A DNA stretch of 64,000 nt from an uncultured Pelagibacteraceae bacterium (GCA_902569725.1 CACFVG010000003.1:3525-67524), one strand, 5' to 3'. Shown: positions 10,665 through 21,540, numbered from the stretch's first letter. Notes: a model not told the origin generated them from the sequence alone. Translations and numbers: made by a program.

Positions 10665-11690
10665 ATGAAAAATAACAATCTAACATATGAAAAGAGTGGA
10701 GTTAATATTAAAGCTGCAGATAATTTCGTAAAATTCATATCTTCATTATCAAAAAAAACAGCAAAAAGTAAGAATTTTAAAAATATAGGTGGATTTGGCT
10801 CAATTACCAGTATTCATAAAAATTTAAAAAATCCCCAGCTCGTTGCAAGCACAGATGGTGTTGGAACAAAAATTGAAATTGCAAATGAATTGAACAAATT
10901 TAATACAATAGGAATTGACCTTGTGGCTATGTGTGTAAATGATTTAATAGTACAAGGAGCTAAGCCTCTTATTTTTTTAGACTACATATCAATTAATAAA
11001 ATTAATTTAAAAAAATTAAAACAAATTATCAAAGGAATTGTTAAAGGATGTAAAATTTCAGACTGTGAACTGGTTGGAGGTGAAACAGCTGAAATGCCAG
11101 GGACTTATTCAAAAGGAAAATTTGATATAGCAGGCTTTGCAGTTGGAGTGGTAGATAAAAATAAAATTTTAGATAAATCAAAAATTAAAGTTAATGACTT
11201 AATCATGGCTATTCCTTCTAGCGGAATACATTCAAATGGATACTCGCTAGTAAGACATCTTTTAAAAAAAAAAAAAATTAAATTAAAAAAAAATAAATTT
11301 TTAAAAAAAAAATTAATTAAACCTACAAAAATTTACGTTAGAGAAGTTTTGAATTTAATAAATAAAAAATTAATTAATGGATGTGCTAATATTACAGGTG
11401 GTGGAATTAAAGACAATATCAAAAGAATTTTACCATCTCATTTGTCAGCAAATATAGATTTAAATAAAATAAGGCCTAATTCTATTTTTAAATGGATTCA
11501 TAACCAAGGTGTAATTGAAAAAGAAATGATAAAAACATTTAATTGTGGAGTTGGCTTCTGTATTATTGTTAATCCTAAAAATTTAATAAAAGTTAAAAAA
11601 TATTTCACAAAAAATTTTCAACCTTATTTAATAGGTAAAATTACAAAAGGAAAAATAAATGTTAATTTAAATGGAAAAATTAAATGGTAA
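10665..11690 (+). CDS. purM: Phosphoribosylformylglycinamidine cyclo-ligase (AIR synthetase)
   Basis: TY..SGV, DGVGTK, GIDLVAMCVND, GGETAEMPG, SSGIHSNGYSL, TFNCGVG. Confidence 0.97.
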   Translation: MKNNNLTYEKSGVNIKAADNFVKFISSLSKKTAKSKNFKNIGGFGSITSIHKNLKNPQLVASTDGVGTKIEIANELNKFNTIGIDLVAMCVNDLIVQGAKPLIFLDYISINKINLKKLKQIIKGIVKGCKISDCELVGGETAEMPGTYSKGKFDIAGFAVGVVDKNKILDKSKIKVNDLIMAIPSSGIHSNGYSLVRHLLKKKKIKLKKNKFLKKKLIKPTKIYVREVLNLINKKLINGCANITGGGIKDNIKRILPSHLSANIDLNKIRPNSIFKWIHNQGVIEKEMIKTFNCGVGFCIIVNPKNLIKVKKYFTKNFQPYLIGKITKGKINVNLNGKIKW

Positions 11691-12258
11691 AAAAAAATTA
11701 TTAGTTTCTGTTTTCATTTCTGGAAGAGGAACTAATTTAAAGTCACTGATAAATTTTTCCAAAAGGAAAAATTCTCCTATTAAAATTGTTTTAATTATTA
11801 CTAACAATAAAAATGCAAAAGGATTATATTTCGCAAAAAAAAATAAAATAAAATTTTTAATTATTAATTACAAAAACAAAATTAAAGCAGAAAATAAAAT
11901 TTTACTAAATTTAAAAAATTACAAAGTTAGCTTAATTTGTTTGGCGGGGTTTATGAAAATCTTATCAAAAAAAATAATAAATAATTATAAAGATAGAATT
12001 TTAAATATTCATCCATCTCTACTTCCAAAATACAAAGGTTTAAACACACATAAAAGAGTAATAAAAAATAATGAAAAATTTTCAGGTTGCACTGTTCATG
12101 TGGTTAACTCAAAATTGGATTCTGGTAAAATAATTTTACAAAAAAAAATTAGGATATTAAAAAAAGATGATGAAAATTCTTTATCTAAGAGGGTTTTAAA
12201 AATTGAAAATTTAATTTATCCAAAAGCTATTAAAAAATTTATTTTCTCTAATCTTTAA
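11671..12258 (+). CDS. purN: Phosphoribosylglycinamide formyltransferase
   Basis: ISGRGTNL, LAGFMKIL, NIHPSLLPKYKG, GCTVH, LDSG. Confidence 0.96.
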   Translation: MEKLNGKKKLLVSVFISGRGTNLKSLINFSKRKNSPIKIVLIITNNKNAKGLYFAKKNKIKFLIINYKNKIKAENKILLNLKNYKVSLICLAGFMKILSKKIINNYKDRILNIHPSLLPKYKGLNTHKRVIKNNEKFSGCTVHVVNSKLDSGKIILQKKIRILKKDDENSLSKRVLKIENLIYPKAIKKFIFSNL

Positions 12259-12658
12259 AAAAGAAATCAATTTCAACTTTTGCATTTTCCGGACTATCTG
12301 AGCCATGGACTGAGTTTTTATCTATAGATATTCCATATTTTTTTCTAATAGTGCCTTCTTCTGCTTTAGTTGGATCAGTTGCTCCCATTAGCTTTCTATT
12401 CTCTAATATTGCATTTTCTCTCTCCAGTACCATTACAACAATTGGACCTGATGACAAGTATGAGCATAAATCATTGTAAAAAGGTTTAGATTGATGAACT
12501 TGATAAAATTTTTCTGCTTCACTTTTTTCAATTTTTATTTTCTTTTCTTTAAAAATTATAAATCCATTTTTTTTAAATTCTTGCTTAATATCTTCACTCA
12601 AATTTCTTTCAACAGCATCAGGTTTAATTATTGATAGTGTTTTTTCATTATTACTCAT
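12248..12658 (-). CDS. ndk: Nucleoside diphosphate kinase
   Basis: TLSIIKPDAV, SGP, MGATDP, NSVHGSDS; ATG at 12658. Confidence 0.97.
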   Translation of the reverse strand: MSNNEKTLSIIKPDAVERNLSEDIKQEFKKNGFIIFKEKKIKIEKSEAEKFYQVHQSKPFYNDLCSYLSSGPIVVMVLERENAILENRKLMGATDPTKAEEGTIRKKYGISIDKNSVHGSDSPENAKVEIDFFFKD

Positions 12659-14114
12659 AATTTTCCTCCACAAATTTATTTAACAATCTAACCCCATAAC
12701 CTGTTGCTCCTCCTGAGTTCAAAGCTCCAGCATATTTTGAAAAAGCCATTCCAGCTATATCAAGATGTGCCCACGGTGTTTTGTTAATAATAAACCTTTG
12801 TAAGAATTGTGCTGCTGTTGTTGATCCTGCGCCACCAACATAATTAATATTTTGCATATCTGCATTTTTTGAGTTTATTAATTTATCAAAATTTTTATGA
12901 AGAGGCATTCTCCATAATTTTTCATCTACTCTTTCACCAGCTTCAAGTAATTGTTTTGAGAGTTTATCATCATTAGAAAAAAGTCCTGCATACTCTGAAC
13001 CCAAAGAAACAATGATAGCACCAGTTAAGGTTGCTAAGTCAACCATGAATTTAGGTTTAAACTTTTTTTCAGTGAAAGTTAAAGCGTCTGCTAAAACTAG
13101 TCTACCTTCTGCGTCAGTATTTAATACTTCTATAGTTTTTCCGCTATAAGACTTTACAATATCACCAGGTCTTTGAGCATTTCCACTTACCATATTCTCA
13201 ACAATACCTACTACACCAACTGCATTAATTTTTGCTTTTCTAAGCGCAAAATTTTTCATTAATCCAACAACAACTGCCGAGCCTGCCATATCATAAGTCA
13301 TATCTTCCATAAATCTTGCTGGTTTTAGAGAATAACCACCGGTATCAAAACAAACTCCTTTTCCAACAAATGCTAAAGGTTTTGATTTTGATTTATTTCC
13401 TTTCCATTCAATGGTTACAAGATAAGAACCTCTAATACTTCCCTGTCCTACTCCAAGTAAAGCATTACATCCTAATTTTTTTAATTTTTTTTCATCATAA
13501 ACTGTTACTTTTAATCCAAATTTTTTTAATTTGATTAATCTTTTGGCGTATTCATCTGGATGCAGAACATTACCTGGCTCAGAAACTAGATCCTTGGTGA
13601 AATTAACTCCACGTAGAACAGCATCTAATTTATATTTAACTTTTGGATTTATCTGATTTTTTCTTTTTAAAATATTTAAAACTATTTCTTTTTTTTGTTT
13701 CTTGGTTTTATATAAATTAAATTCGTAAGATTTCAATTCTGCACCATGTACAAATTGGTTTAAAAAAATTTTATTTTTTGTAGATGAATAATTAGAACCA
13801 GCTAATGCGATATTTTGAATATCGTTTTTTTTGATATAGTCATAAAATTTAGCCCCTAACTCTTCAGAGGATTGAGCATTGTTTTTACTCGATAGCAATA
13901 CAAGTATTACTTTTTGATCAAAATCTATATTTATCGAGTCAATTTTATTTTTTTTGTTATTTTTGCTTTTCTTTAAATAATTAACTATTTTTTGATTTAT
14001 TTTATCATCAAAAATCCCTTTAAATTCTGAAATTTTAGTATCATTGCTTAGAAATAGAGCTGTATTTTTGGATAAGTCTTTTTGAGTATCTAAATAATTT
14101 ATTTTTAAAGCCAT
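12651..14114 (-). CDS. pepA: Leucyl aminopeptidase (M17)
   Basis: VGKGVCFDTGG, DMAG, NTDAEGRL, DLATLTGA, WAHLDIAG. Confidence 0.96.
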   Translation of the reverse strand: MALKINYLDTQKDLSKNTALFLSNDTKISEFKGIFDDKINQKIVNYLKKSKNNKKNKIDSINIDFDQKVILVLLSSKNNAQSSEELGAKFYDYIKKNDIQNIALAGSNYSSTKNKIFLNQFVHGAELKSYEFNLYKTKKQKKEIVLNILKRKNQINPKVKYKLDAVLRGVNFTKDLVSEPGNVLHPDEYAKRLIKLKKFGLKVTVYDEKKLKKLGCNALLGVGQGSIRGSYLVTIEWKGNKSKSKPLAFVGKGVCFDTGGYSLKPARFMEDMTYDMAGSAVVVGLMKNFALRKAKINAVGVVGIVENMVSGNAQRPGDIVKSYSGKTIEVLNTDAEGRLVLADALTFTEKKFKPKFMVDLATLTGAIIVSLGSEYAGLFSNDDKLSKQLLEAGERVDEKLWRMPLHKNFDKLINSKNADMQNINYVGGAGSTTAAQFLQRFIINKTPWAHLDIAGMAFSKYAGALNSGGATGYGVRLLNKFVEENYE

Positions 14115-14172
14115 TTATATTAAATATACTATAGGTTGAAAATGTATATATGTATCAAAATAATAAATTTCA

Positions 14173-15315
14173 ATGAAAAAATTAATATTTAGAAATATTT
14201 TTAAAGATATCACTGCTTTTTTTATAATTACTTCATTGTCATTAACTTTAATAGTTTGGGTAATACAGGCTGTAAACTACTTGGATTTTGTATCCGAAGA
14301 TGGACATAGCTTTAAAGTATATTTTATGTATTCCTTATTATCATTGCCCAAAATATTTAGTAAATTAATTTTATTCGTTTTTTTTATATCAGTATTTTTT
14401 ACAATATCTAAATATGAAGAAAATAATGAAATTTTAATATTTTGGAATTATGGAATAAAAAAATCAGAATTTATAAATAAAATAATAAAGTTTTCTTTTA
14501 TATATTTTTTAATTAGTATTATTTTTAGTTTTTTAATAGTTCCAAAAACTCAAGATTTGGCAAGATCTTATATTAGGGACTCTAAAATAGATTATTTTCC
14601 TTCTTTAATAAAGACTCAACATTTTAATGATACAGTCGAAAACTTAACAATTTTTGTTGAAGAAAAAACTGGTAATGGGCTTATAAAAAATATTTTTATT
14701 AAAGAAAATTATGATGGTAATAGATCTAAGATAATCAATGCAAGAGAAGGAGTTTTAACAAAAAAAAATAATTTTTTTTACTTAGTCTTGCTTGATGGAA
14801 AAATTATAAATATAGATTCTAGAAATACAAATATAATTAATTTTGAAAAAACAGAATTAAATCTATCTAAGTTTAGTACTAAAACTACAGTTTATCCAAA
14901 AATTCAAGAAACTAATTCATTAAAATTACTCAACTGTCTAAATTCATTTATAAGTAAACCAAAAAATCAATTTGAAAAAGAAGGTTTTTTTGAAAGACTT
15001 TTTGTATGTGATAAAAGCTCAGTCAATCCAGTCTTCCAAGAAATGTATAAGAGATTGATACTGCCCTTGTATATTATCGTTGCAGGTTTTATCGCAGGTT
15101 GTTTAGTTATAAAATCTAGAAATCAATATAATTCTATAAAATTTAAAAGTTTTATTTTTATTGTAGGATTTGTTTTTATAATATTTTCGGAAGGGTCTAC
15201 TAATGTTGTATCATTTAATAATATTAACAAAACTATAATTGTATTATTACCATTTATTTTAAGTATTATTGGGTATTTGGCTTTTGTCAGCTCTAAAAAA
15301 TTAAAATTTTTATGA
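14173..15315 (+). CDS. lptF: LPS export ABC transporter permease LptF
   Basis: YjgP/YjgQ topology (3 TM, periplasmic domain, 3 TM), NE....G motif; pepA-lptF-lptG-lptD synteny. Confidence 0.85.
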   Translation: MKKLIFRNIFKDITAFFIITSLSLTLIVWVIQAVNYLDFVSEDGHSFKVYFMYSLLSLPKIFSKLILFVFFISVFFTISKYEENNEILIFWNYGIKKSEFINKIIKFSFIYFLISIIFSFLIVPKTQDLARSYIRDSKIDYFPSLIKTQHFNDTVENLTIFVEEKTGNGLIKNIFIKENYDGNRSKIINAREGVLTKKNNFFYLVLLDGKIINIDSRNTNIINFEKTELNLSKFSTKTTVYPKIQETNSLKLLNCLNSFISKPKNQFEKEGFFERLFVCDKSSVNPVFQEMYKRLILPLYIIVAGFIAGCLVIKSRNQYNSIKFKSFIFIVGFVFIIFSEGSTNVVSFNNINKTIIVLLPFILSIIGYLAFVSSKKLKFL

Positions 15316-16394
15316 AATTAAAAATATACAAAACTTATATTTTGAAATCTTATTTATATTATTTTTTTATTGTAAGTTTAATTTTCTGTTTATTAAGTTT
15401 TTTTTTAAATATTTTAGAAGAAATTGTTTTTTTTGAAAAATATAATGTTGGAATCTATTATCCTGTATTATTAACATTTTTAAATACTCCTTCAGTTTTA
15501 TTTGAAATATTTCCATTCATTTTTTTAATTGCATCTCAATTATTTTTTATTAAATTTAAAGAAAATGAAGAGTTAAATTTACTAAAAGTCACAGGAATAG
15601 ATAATTTTTCATTAATTAAATTTCTCATTTATTTATCATTAATAATGGGGATAATTATTACTCTTTTGTTTTATGCATTTTCTTCAAATCTAAAGCATAA
15701 TTATTTATTAATTAAAAACAAATTTACTGATGATAATAAATATTTAGCAGCAATAAATGATAACGGTTTATGGATTAAAGATGAATATGAGGGCAACATA
15801 TATGTTATTAACGCAGACGAATTTATAAAAAATAAGTTAAAAAATGTTACAATAAATCAACTAGATAAGGAATTTAATTTAAAAAGTATAATTATTTCTG
15901 AGAAAGCCGACATAGAAAACAATGAATGGCGACTAGAAAATGTTAAAATTTTTTTTGATAATGGAAAAAAAGAAGTTTTAGAAAGTATTAAAATTAATAC
16001 AAATTTTAATAGAAAAAAATTAAATAGTATTTTTTCAAATTTAACATCTTTAAATTTAATACAATTAATAAATTTATCTGAGGATTACAAAAAACTGGGA
16101 TTATCTGGTAATGAGATTAAATCACACATACTAAAATTATATTCATTTCCGATTCTTATATCAATAATGGCAACTATTGGCTCTATTTTGGTTTTGAGTT
16201 TTAGCTATCAAAGATCAAAGTTTTTTAATTTATCAATAGGGATTATATCTTCTGTAATAATCTACTATATAAATTATTTTTTTAATTTATTGGGTACAAC
16301 TGAAAAAACATCTATATTACTGTCTATATGCTCTCCATTAATAATTTTAATTTTATTTTGTTTTATTTTATTAGTAAAAATCAATGAAAAATAA
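15312..16394 (+). CDS. lptG: LPS export ABC transporter permease LptG
   Basis: YjgP/YjgQ topology, EELNLLK.TG, GLWIKD; second of the pair. Confidence 0.85.
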   Translation: MKLKIYKTYILKSYLYYFFIVSLIFCLLSFFLNILEEIVFFEKYNVGIYYPVLLTFLNTPSVLFEIFPFIFLIASQLFFIKFKENEELNLLKVTGIDNFSLIKFLIYLSLIMGIIITLLFYAFSSNLKHNYLLIKNKFTDDNKYLAAINDNGLWIKDEYEGNIYVINADEFIKNKLKNVTINQLDKEFNLKSIIISEKADIENNEWRLENVKIFFDNGKKEVLESIKINTNFNRKKLNSIFSNLTSLNLIQLINLSEDYKKLGLSGNEIKSHILKLYSFPILISIMATIGSILVLSFSYQRSKFFNLSIGIISSVIIYYINYFFNLLGTTEKTSILLSICSPLIILILFCFILLVKINEK

Positions 16395-18852
16395 ACTTAT
16401 AATTAATTTTTTTTTAGTAATTTTTTTTTATCAGAATATATTAAGCGCTGAAATATTTAATATCGAATCATCAGAAATAAAAATATTTGATAAAGGAAAT
16501 ATTACTCAGGCTACTAATGGAGTAAAAATTACCTCTAATGATGGTGTTGAAATTACAGGAAGAGAATTAATTTATGATAAAAAAAAATCGATCTTAAAAA
16601 TTTTTGATAATGTAGTGTTAAATGACAAAAAAAATAACATCATTACTGAAGGTGAAGAATATATTTATTTTAAAAATGAAGAAAAAATTAAAATATTTGG
16701 CAATGTAGTAATAAAAGACAAAAAAAATAACATCATTACTGAAGGTGAAGAATTTATTTATTTTAGAAATGAAAAAAAAATTTTATCAGTTGGGGAATCA
16801 AAATCGATTATAAAAAATACTTATTCTTTAGAAGGTAATGATCTAATTTATGAAATAAATTTATCTGAAATTTACTCTGATAAAAAAACAAAAATTGAAG
16901 ATTCTCAAAATAATATATTTTATGCAGAAAAATTTAAATTCAATTTAATTACCAGCTTGCTTAAAGCTAAAAATTTATCACTTTTTGATAATAAAAAAAA
17001 TCAATATTATTTAAATTTTGCTTTAGTAAATTTAAAACATAATAAATTTTTAGGTTCTGATATCTCAATTGATTTTGAGGATTCTTTGTTTGGTAATAAT
17101 GAAAATAACCCAAGATTGAAAGGAAATAGTTTAATTTCTGAAGAAAATAACACAACAATTTACAAAGGTAGTTTTACAACCTGTGGTCAAAAAAATAATA
17201 AATGCCCTCCATGGTCAATATATGCTCATGAAGTTGTTCATAAAAAAAATGAAAAAAAAATTGAGTATAAAAATGCTTGGTTAAAAATTTATGACAAGCC
17301 AGTTCTTTATTTTCCTTATTTTTTTCATCCAGACCCAACTGTAAAGCGTCAATCTGGTTTTTTAATGCCAAGTTTTCAAGCTTCAAATAATTCTGGGACC
17401 TCATTGCAAATACCTTATTACAAAGTGATATCAGAAAGAAAAGATTTGACACTATTTCCAAGAATATTTTTCGACAATGAAATATTGTTACAAACTGAAT
17501 ACAGGCAAGCCAACAAAAACTCTGATTTCTTTTTAGATTTTAGCGTAAACAAAGATAACGAAAATACAAAAAATCATTTTTTTGCAGATCTTGCCTCAAA
17601 TAAGCAAAATCAAACATTAAATTTACACTTAGAAACTGTTTCAAATGACACTTATCTAAAAAAAAACAATATAACTTCACCTATAATTAATGATAATTCT
17701 TCGCTTCATTCTTACATAGATTATTATTCTTTTAGTGAAGATAGTACATTTGATATAAGTTTTGAAGTTTTCGAAAACTTGGATAAACAAAAAACTGATA
17801 GATATGAATACCTTTTTCCAAATTTTAGTTATGAAAAATATTTATATACCGATAGCAACGTAAGTGGAGATTTAACTTTTAATGCTAGAGGTTTTCAAAA
17901 AAATTACAATACAAGCTCTGATGAATCTGTTTTAATTAATGATCTAAAATATTCATCTTTTTCAAAAAATAACTCCACTGTAGATGGATTAATGACAAAT
18001 TATAAACTACTGTTAAGAAATTTAAATTCAACTACAGAAAATTCTGATTCATTTAAAGATGGTGATGATCAACAATTGCTTTCTTTAGTTGAGCTGAAAA
18101 GTGAACTCCCCTTAAAAAAAGAGGATCAAAATTCTATCAGTTTGTTATCACCAAAATTTTCAGCTAGATACAGTCCTAATTCGACAAAAAATAATTCAAA
18201 TTTGAATAAAAATATAACCTATGACAGTATTTTTTCACTAGATAGAATTGACGATACTGCTGTAGAAGGAGGAGGATCATTAACTCTAGGCGCAGAATAT
18301 TCATTAACAAATAAAGAAGATCAGGGGCTTATAAGTTTATCATTTGCAAATGTATTAAGAACAAATAAAAACTCTGATTTACCAAAACTTTATGGTTTTT
18401 CAGAAAAAAGATCTGATTTTATAGGTGAATTTAATTTTATTCCTTCTAAATTTTTTGATTTAAACTATCAATTTTCATTGGACAAAGATTTAGATGATTC
18501 AAATTATAATTTAATTAAAACAAATATAACTATAAATAATTTTATTACTTCTTTTGAATTTCTCGAAGAAGATAACTATTTAAATCAAGATAGCTATTTA
18601 ACAAATAATACAAAATTTAAATTTGATAATAATAATTCAATTGGATTTGAAACTTCAAAAAATTTAGATCAAAATATAACAAATTATTATAATTTGATTT
18701 ATGAATATGAAAATGATTGTTTAACTGCAGCTATAGAATATAACAAAAGCTATTATACAGATGGAGATTTAAAACCTGAAGAAAATATATTTTTCTCAAT
18801 AAAAATTATTCCATTTGGTAAAATTTCCTCACCGGCTTTAACTAATGATTAA
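16384..18852 (+). CDS. lptD: LPS-assembly outer membrane protein LptD
   Basis: Signal peptide, FTTC...CPPW, YFPYF.HPDPTVKRQSGFL.P, YENDC. Confidence 0.93.
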   Translation: MKNKLIINFFLVIFFYQNILSAEIFNIESSEIKIFDKGNITQATNGVKITSNDGVEITGRELIYDKKKSILKIFDNVVLNDKKNNIITEGEEYIYFKNEEKIKIFGNVVIKDKKNNIITEGEEFIYFRNEKKILSVGESKSIIKNTYSLEGNDLIYEINLSEIYSDKKTKIEDSQNNIFYAEKFKFNLITSLLKAKNLSLFDNKKNQYYLNFALVNLKHNKFLGSDISIDFEDSLFGNNENNPRLKGNSLISEENNTTIYKGSFTTCGQKNNKCPPWSIYAHEVVHKKNEKKIEYKNAWLKIYDKPVLYFPYFFHPDPTVKRQSGFLMPSFQASNNSGTSLQIPYYKVISERKDLTLFPRIFFDNEILLQTEYRQANKNSDFFLDFSVNKDNENTKNHFFADLASNKQNQTLNLHLETVSNDTYLKKNNITSPIINDNSSLHSYIDYYSFSEDSTFDISFEVFENLDKQKTDRYEYLFPNFSYEKYLYTDSNVSGDLTFNARGFQKNYNTSSDESVLINDLKYSSFSKNNSTVDGLMTNYKLLLRNLNSTTENSDSFKDGDDQQLLSLVELKSELPLKKEDQNSISLLSPKFSARYSPNSTKNNSNLNKNITYDSIFSLDRIDDTAVEGGGSLTLGAEYSLTNKEDQGLISLSFANVLRTNKNSDLPKLYGFSEKRSDFIGEFNFIPSKFFDLNYQFSLDKDLDDSNYNLIKTNITINNFITSFEFLEEDNYLNQDSYLTNNTKFKFDNNNSIGFETSKNLDQNITNYYNLIYEYENDCLTAAIEYNKSYYTDGDLKPEENIFFSIKIIPFGKISSPALTND
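16597..16782 (+). repeat. In-frame tandem duplication, 2 x 93 bp, inside lptD
   Basis: KIFDNVVLNDKKNNIITEGEEYIYFKNEEKI / KIFGNVVIKDKKNNIITEGEEFIYFRNEKKI; 37-nt identical core at 16624-16660 and 16717-16753. Confidence 0.95.
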
Positions 18853-19780
18853 AAATATAGTATTTAAAATTATATATATATTTTCTTTAGTATTTTTCTT
18901 TATAAGTCCAACAAGTTCAGAAAATAAAATTAAAATTGAATTACAAATAGGAGATGAAATATTAACTAATATAGATTTTTTAAATGAAAAAAATTACCTT
19001 ATTTCATTGAATAATAGTTTAAAAACTTTACCAAAAAATCAACTTAAAAAAATTTCAAAAGATTCTCTAATAAGAGAAAAAATAAAAAAAATTGAGTTAT
19101 TAAAGATTTTTGATTTAAAAAAAGCAGATAAATATTCAGATCAAATATTGGTTGATTTTTATAAAAGATTAAATTTTAAAAATGAAGAGGAGTTTAATGC
19201 TTATTTGATCAGCTATAATTTAAATATTTCTGACATAAGAGAAAAATTAAAAATCGAAACTTTATGGAATGAAATGATATTTAAAAAATATAATAGCCAA
19301 ATTAAAATTGACAAAGAAAAAATAAAAGCAAAAATAAAAAATCAAAAAAAAATATTGAAAGAATACAACTTAAGTGAAATATTATTTCAACTCAATTCAG
19401 GAGAAAAGCTTTTAGATAAATACAATTTAATATTAAAAAATATTGAAAATTCAGGTTTTAAAAATAGTGCAAATATATTTAGTATAAGTGATAGTTCAAA
19501 ATTTGGTGGAGAAATAGGATGGGTTAATCAAAATCAATTGAATGATAATCTGTTAAAAGAAATTGAAAATTTAAATATTGATCAAATAACCAAACCCATC
19601 CAAACTGGTAGTGGTTATTTAATAATCAAATTGAACAACAATAGAGAAAAAGAAAAAGAATTAGATTTTGAAAGAACTTTTAAACAAATGGTAACACAAG
19701 AAAAAAATAGACAGCTAAACCAATTTTCATTAATTTATTTTAATAAAATTAAACAAAATATATTTATTAGTGAAAAATAA
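18845..19780 (+). CDS. surA: SurA-like periplasmic chaperone / parvulin PPIase
   Basis: Signal peptide, EILTN.D, YNLSEI, SISDS...GGEIGW; lptD-surA-pdxA-rsmA synteny. Confidence 0.8.
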   Translation: MIKNIVFKIIYIFSLVFFFISPTSSENKIKIELQIGDEILTNIDFLNEKNYLISLNNSLKTLPKNQLKKISKDSLIREKIKKIELLKIFDLKKADKYSDQILVDFYKRLNFKNEEEFNAYLISYNLNISDIREKLKIETLWNEMIFKKYNSQIKIDKEKIKAKIKNQKKILKEYNLSEILFQLNSGEKLLDKYNLILKNIENSGFKNSANIFSISDSSKFGGEIGWVNQNQLNDNLLKEIENLNIDQITKPIQTGSGYLIIKLNNNREKEKELDFERTFKQMVTQEKNRQLNQFSLIYFNKIKQNIFISEK

Positions 19781-20756
19781 TCCTTTATTAATAGTACTTG
19801 GAGAGCCAAATAGTATTTTTTCTGAAATATTATTTAAAGCTTATAAAAAAAAAATCATAGAAAAATTTAATAGACCTATTGTTTTAATTGGATCTGAACA
19901 TTTATTAAAATTACAAATGAAATTTCTTAAATACTCAATAAAAATTAGAAAAATTAGTGCAATTGAATTAAAAAAAACAAATTTAAATAAAAAATACATA
20001 AATATAGTTAATGTTGAGCACAAATTTAAAAAGGTCTTTGGCAAGATTTCCAATAACTCAAATAAATATATTAATAATTGTTTTAAAATTGCTTTAAAAT
20101 TATTAAATGAAAAAACTGCTTTTGCTTTAATTAACGGGCCAATATCAAAAAAACATTTTTTAGAAAAAAAATATTCGGGAGTTACAGAATATTTGGCTGC
20201 TAAAACTAAAATCAAAAAAAAACCGACTATGCTAATTTATAATTCTTATTTTTCGGTATGCCCAATAACTACACATCTTCCTATTAGTCGTGTGGCCAAA
20301 AATTTATCAAAAAGTAAAATTATAAATGATGTAATGAACATCAATTTTTTTTATAAAAAAAAATTTAATAAAAAGCCAAAATTTGCTATTTTAGGACTTA
20401 ATCCTCATTGTGAATCGATCGAAAAATTAAGCGAGGAAGAAAAAATTATTAAACCATCAATCAAATTTATGTTAAAAAAAAAAATAAAAATTAATGGTCC
20501 ATTTTCTGCAGACACATTTTTTTCTAAAAAAAACTTATCTCATTATGATGTTGCAGTTGGTATGTATCATGATCAAGTTCTTGCACCAATGAAAACTATA
20601 TTTGGTTTTGATGCTATTAATTTAACTTTGGGTTTACCATTTTTAAGAGTTTCTCCCGATCATGGAACAAATAATGAAATGGCTGGCAAGAATAAATCTA
20701 ATGCTCAATCATTAATTTCTTCAATTAATTTTTTTAAAAAGTTGAATGATAATTAA
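19770..20756 (+). CDS. pdxA: 4-hydroxythreonine-4-phosphate dehydrogenase
   Basis: GEPNSI, TTHLP, GLNPH, GPFSADT, MYHDQ, RVSPDHGT. Confidence 0.93.
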   Translation: MKNNPLLIVLGEPNSIFSEILFKAYKKKIIEKFNRPIVLIGSEHLLKLQMKFLKYSIKIRKISAIELKKTNLNKKYINIVNVEHKFKKVFGKISNNSNKYINNCFKIALKLLNEKTAFALINGPISKKHFLEKKYSGVTEYLAAKTKIKKKPTMLIYNSYFSVCPITTHLPISRVAKNLSKSKIINDVMNINFFYKKKFNKKPKFAILGLNPHCESIEKLSEEEKIIKPSIKFMLKKKIKINGPFSADTFFSKKNLSHYDVAVGMYHDQVLAPMKTIFGFDAINLTLGLPFLRVSPDHGTNNEMAGKNKSNAQSLISSINFFKKLNDN

Positions 20757-21540
20757 ATATCCTAAAAAAAGTTTAGGACAAAATTTTTTAACTGATAAAA
20801 ATATTGTTGATATTATCGTAGATGCTGGGGATATAAAAAAAAATGATACTATCTTTGAAGTGGGTCCGGGAACAGGTAATCTCACAGAAAAAATTTTATT
20901 AAAAAATCCTAAAAAAATATTCGCTATTGAAAAAGATAAGTCTTTAGCAAAAAACTTACACGAAAAATTTAGAGAGCAAATTGTTTTAATTAATGATGAT
21001 ATATTAAAAATTGATGAAAAAAAATATTCGATCGATCCTATGATTGTTTTTGGAAATCTACCTTACAATATTTCTACTCAAATTTTAATTAAATGGATAA
21101 GATATAATAATTTAAATAAAATTTTTAAAAAATTTGTTTTAATGTTTCAAAAAGAAGTGGCTGAAAGAATAATTGCAGAAACTAATAACAAAAACTATGG
21201 AAGGCTTTCTGTTTTGTCTTCTTGGAAATTAAAAATAAAAAAAGTTATTGATGTATCTCCTAATTCTTTTTACCCTGTGCCAAAAGTTAAAAGTACAGTT
21301 TTATTAATTGAGCCTAAAAAAGAATATTTTGTTTTAAGAAATTCTAAAAGTTTAGAACACGTTACTAATATTTTTTTTAACCAGAGAAGAAAGATGATAA
21401 AAAAACCTTTAAATATAATGTTCAAAAATGTAAGTGAAATCTCGAAAAAACTTGATATCAATATCAATGATAGGCCTCAGAATTTATCATCATTAAAATA
21501 TTTTGAAATATGTAGAGAGTATGAAAATCTAAATACTTAG
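20746..21540 (+). CDS. rsmA: 16S rRNA adenine dimethyltransferase RsmA/KsgA
   Basis: [35 protein letters not shown]. Confidence 0.97.
   Translation: MIIKYPKKSLGQNFLTDKNIVDIIVDAGDIKKNDTIFEVGPGTGNLTEKILLKNPKKIFAIEKDKSLAKNLHEKFREQIVLINDDILKIDEKKYSIDPMIVFGNLPYNISTQILIKWIRYNNLNKIFKKFVLMFQKEVAERIIAETNNKNYGRLSVLSSWKLKIKKVIDVSPNSFYPVPKVKSTVLLIEPKKEYFVLRNSKSLEHVTNIFFNQRRKMIKKPLNIMFKNVSEISKKLDININDRPQNLSSLKYFEICREYENLNT

Noticed and set aside
16597-16782. lptD repeat as a CRISPR array or mobile element footprint
   Set aside because: Only two copies, in frame, with homologous rather than unique intervening sequence; no cas or transposase genes.
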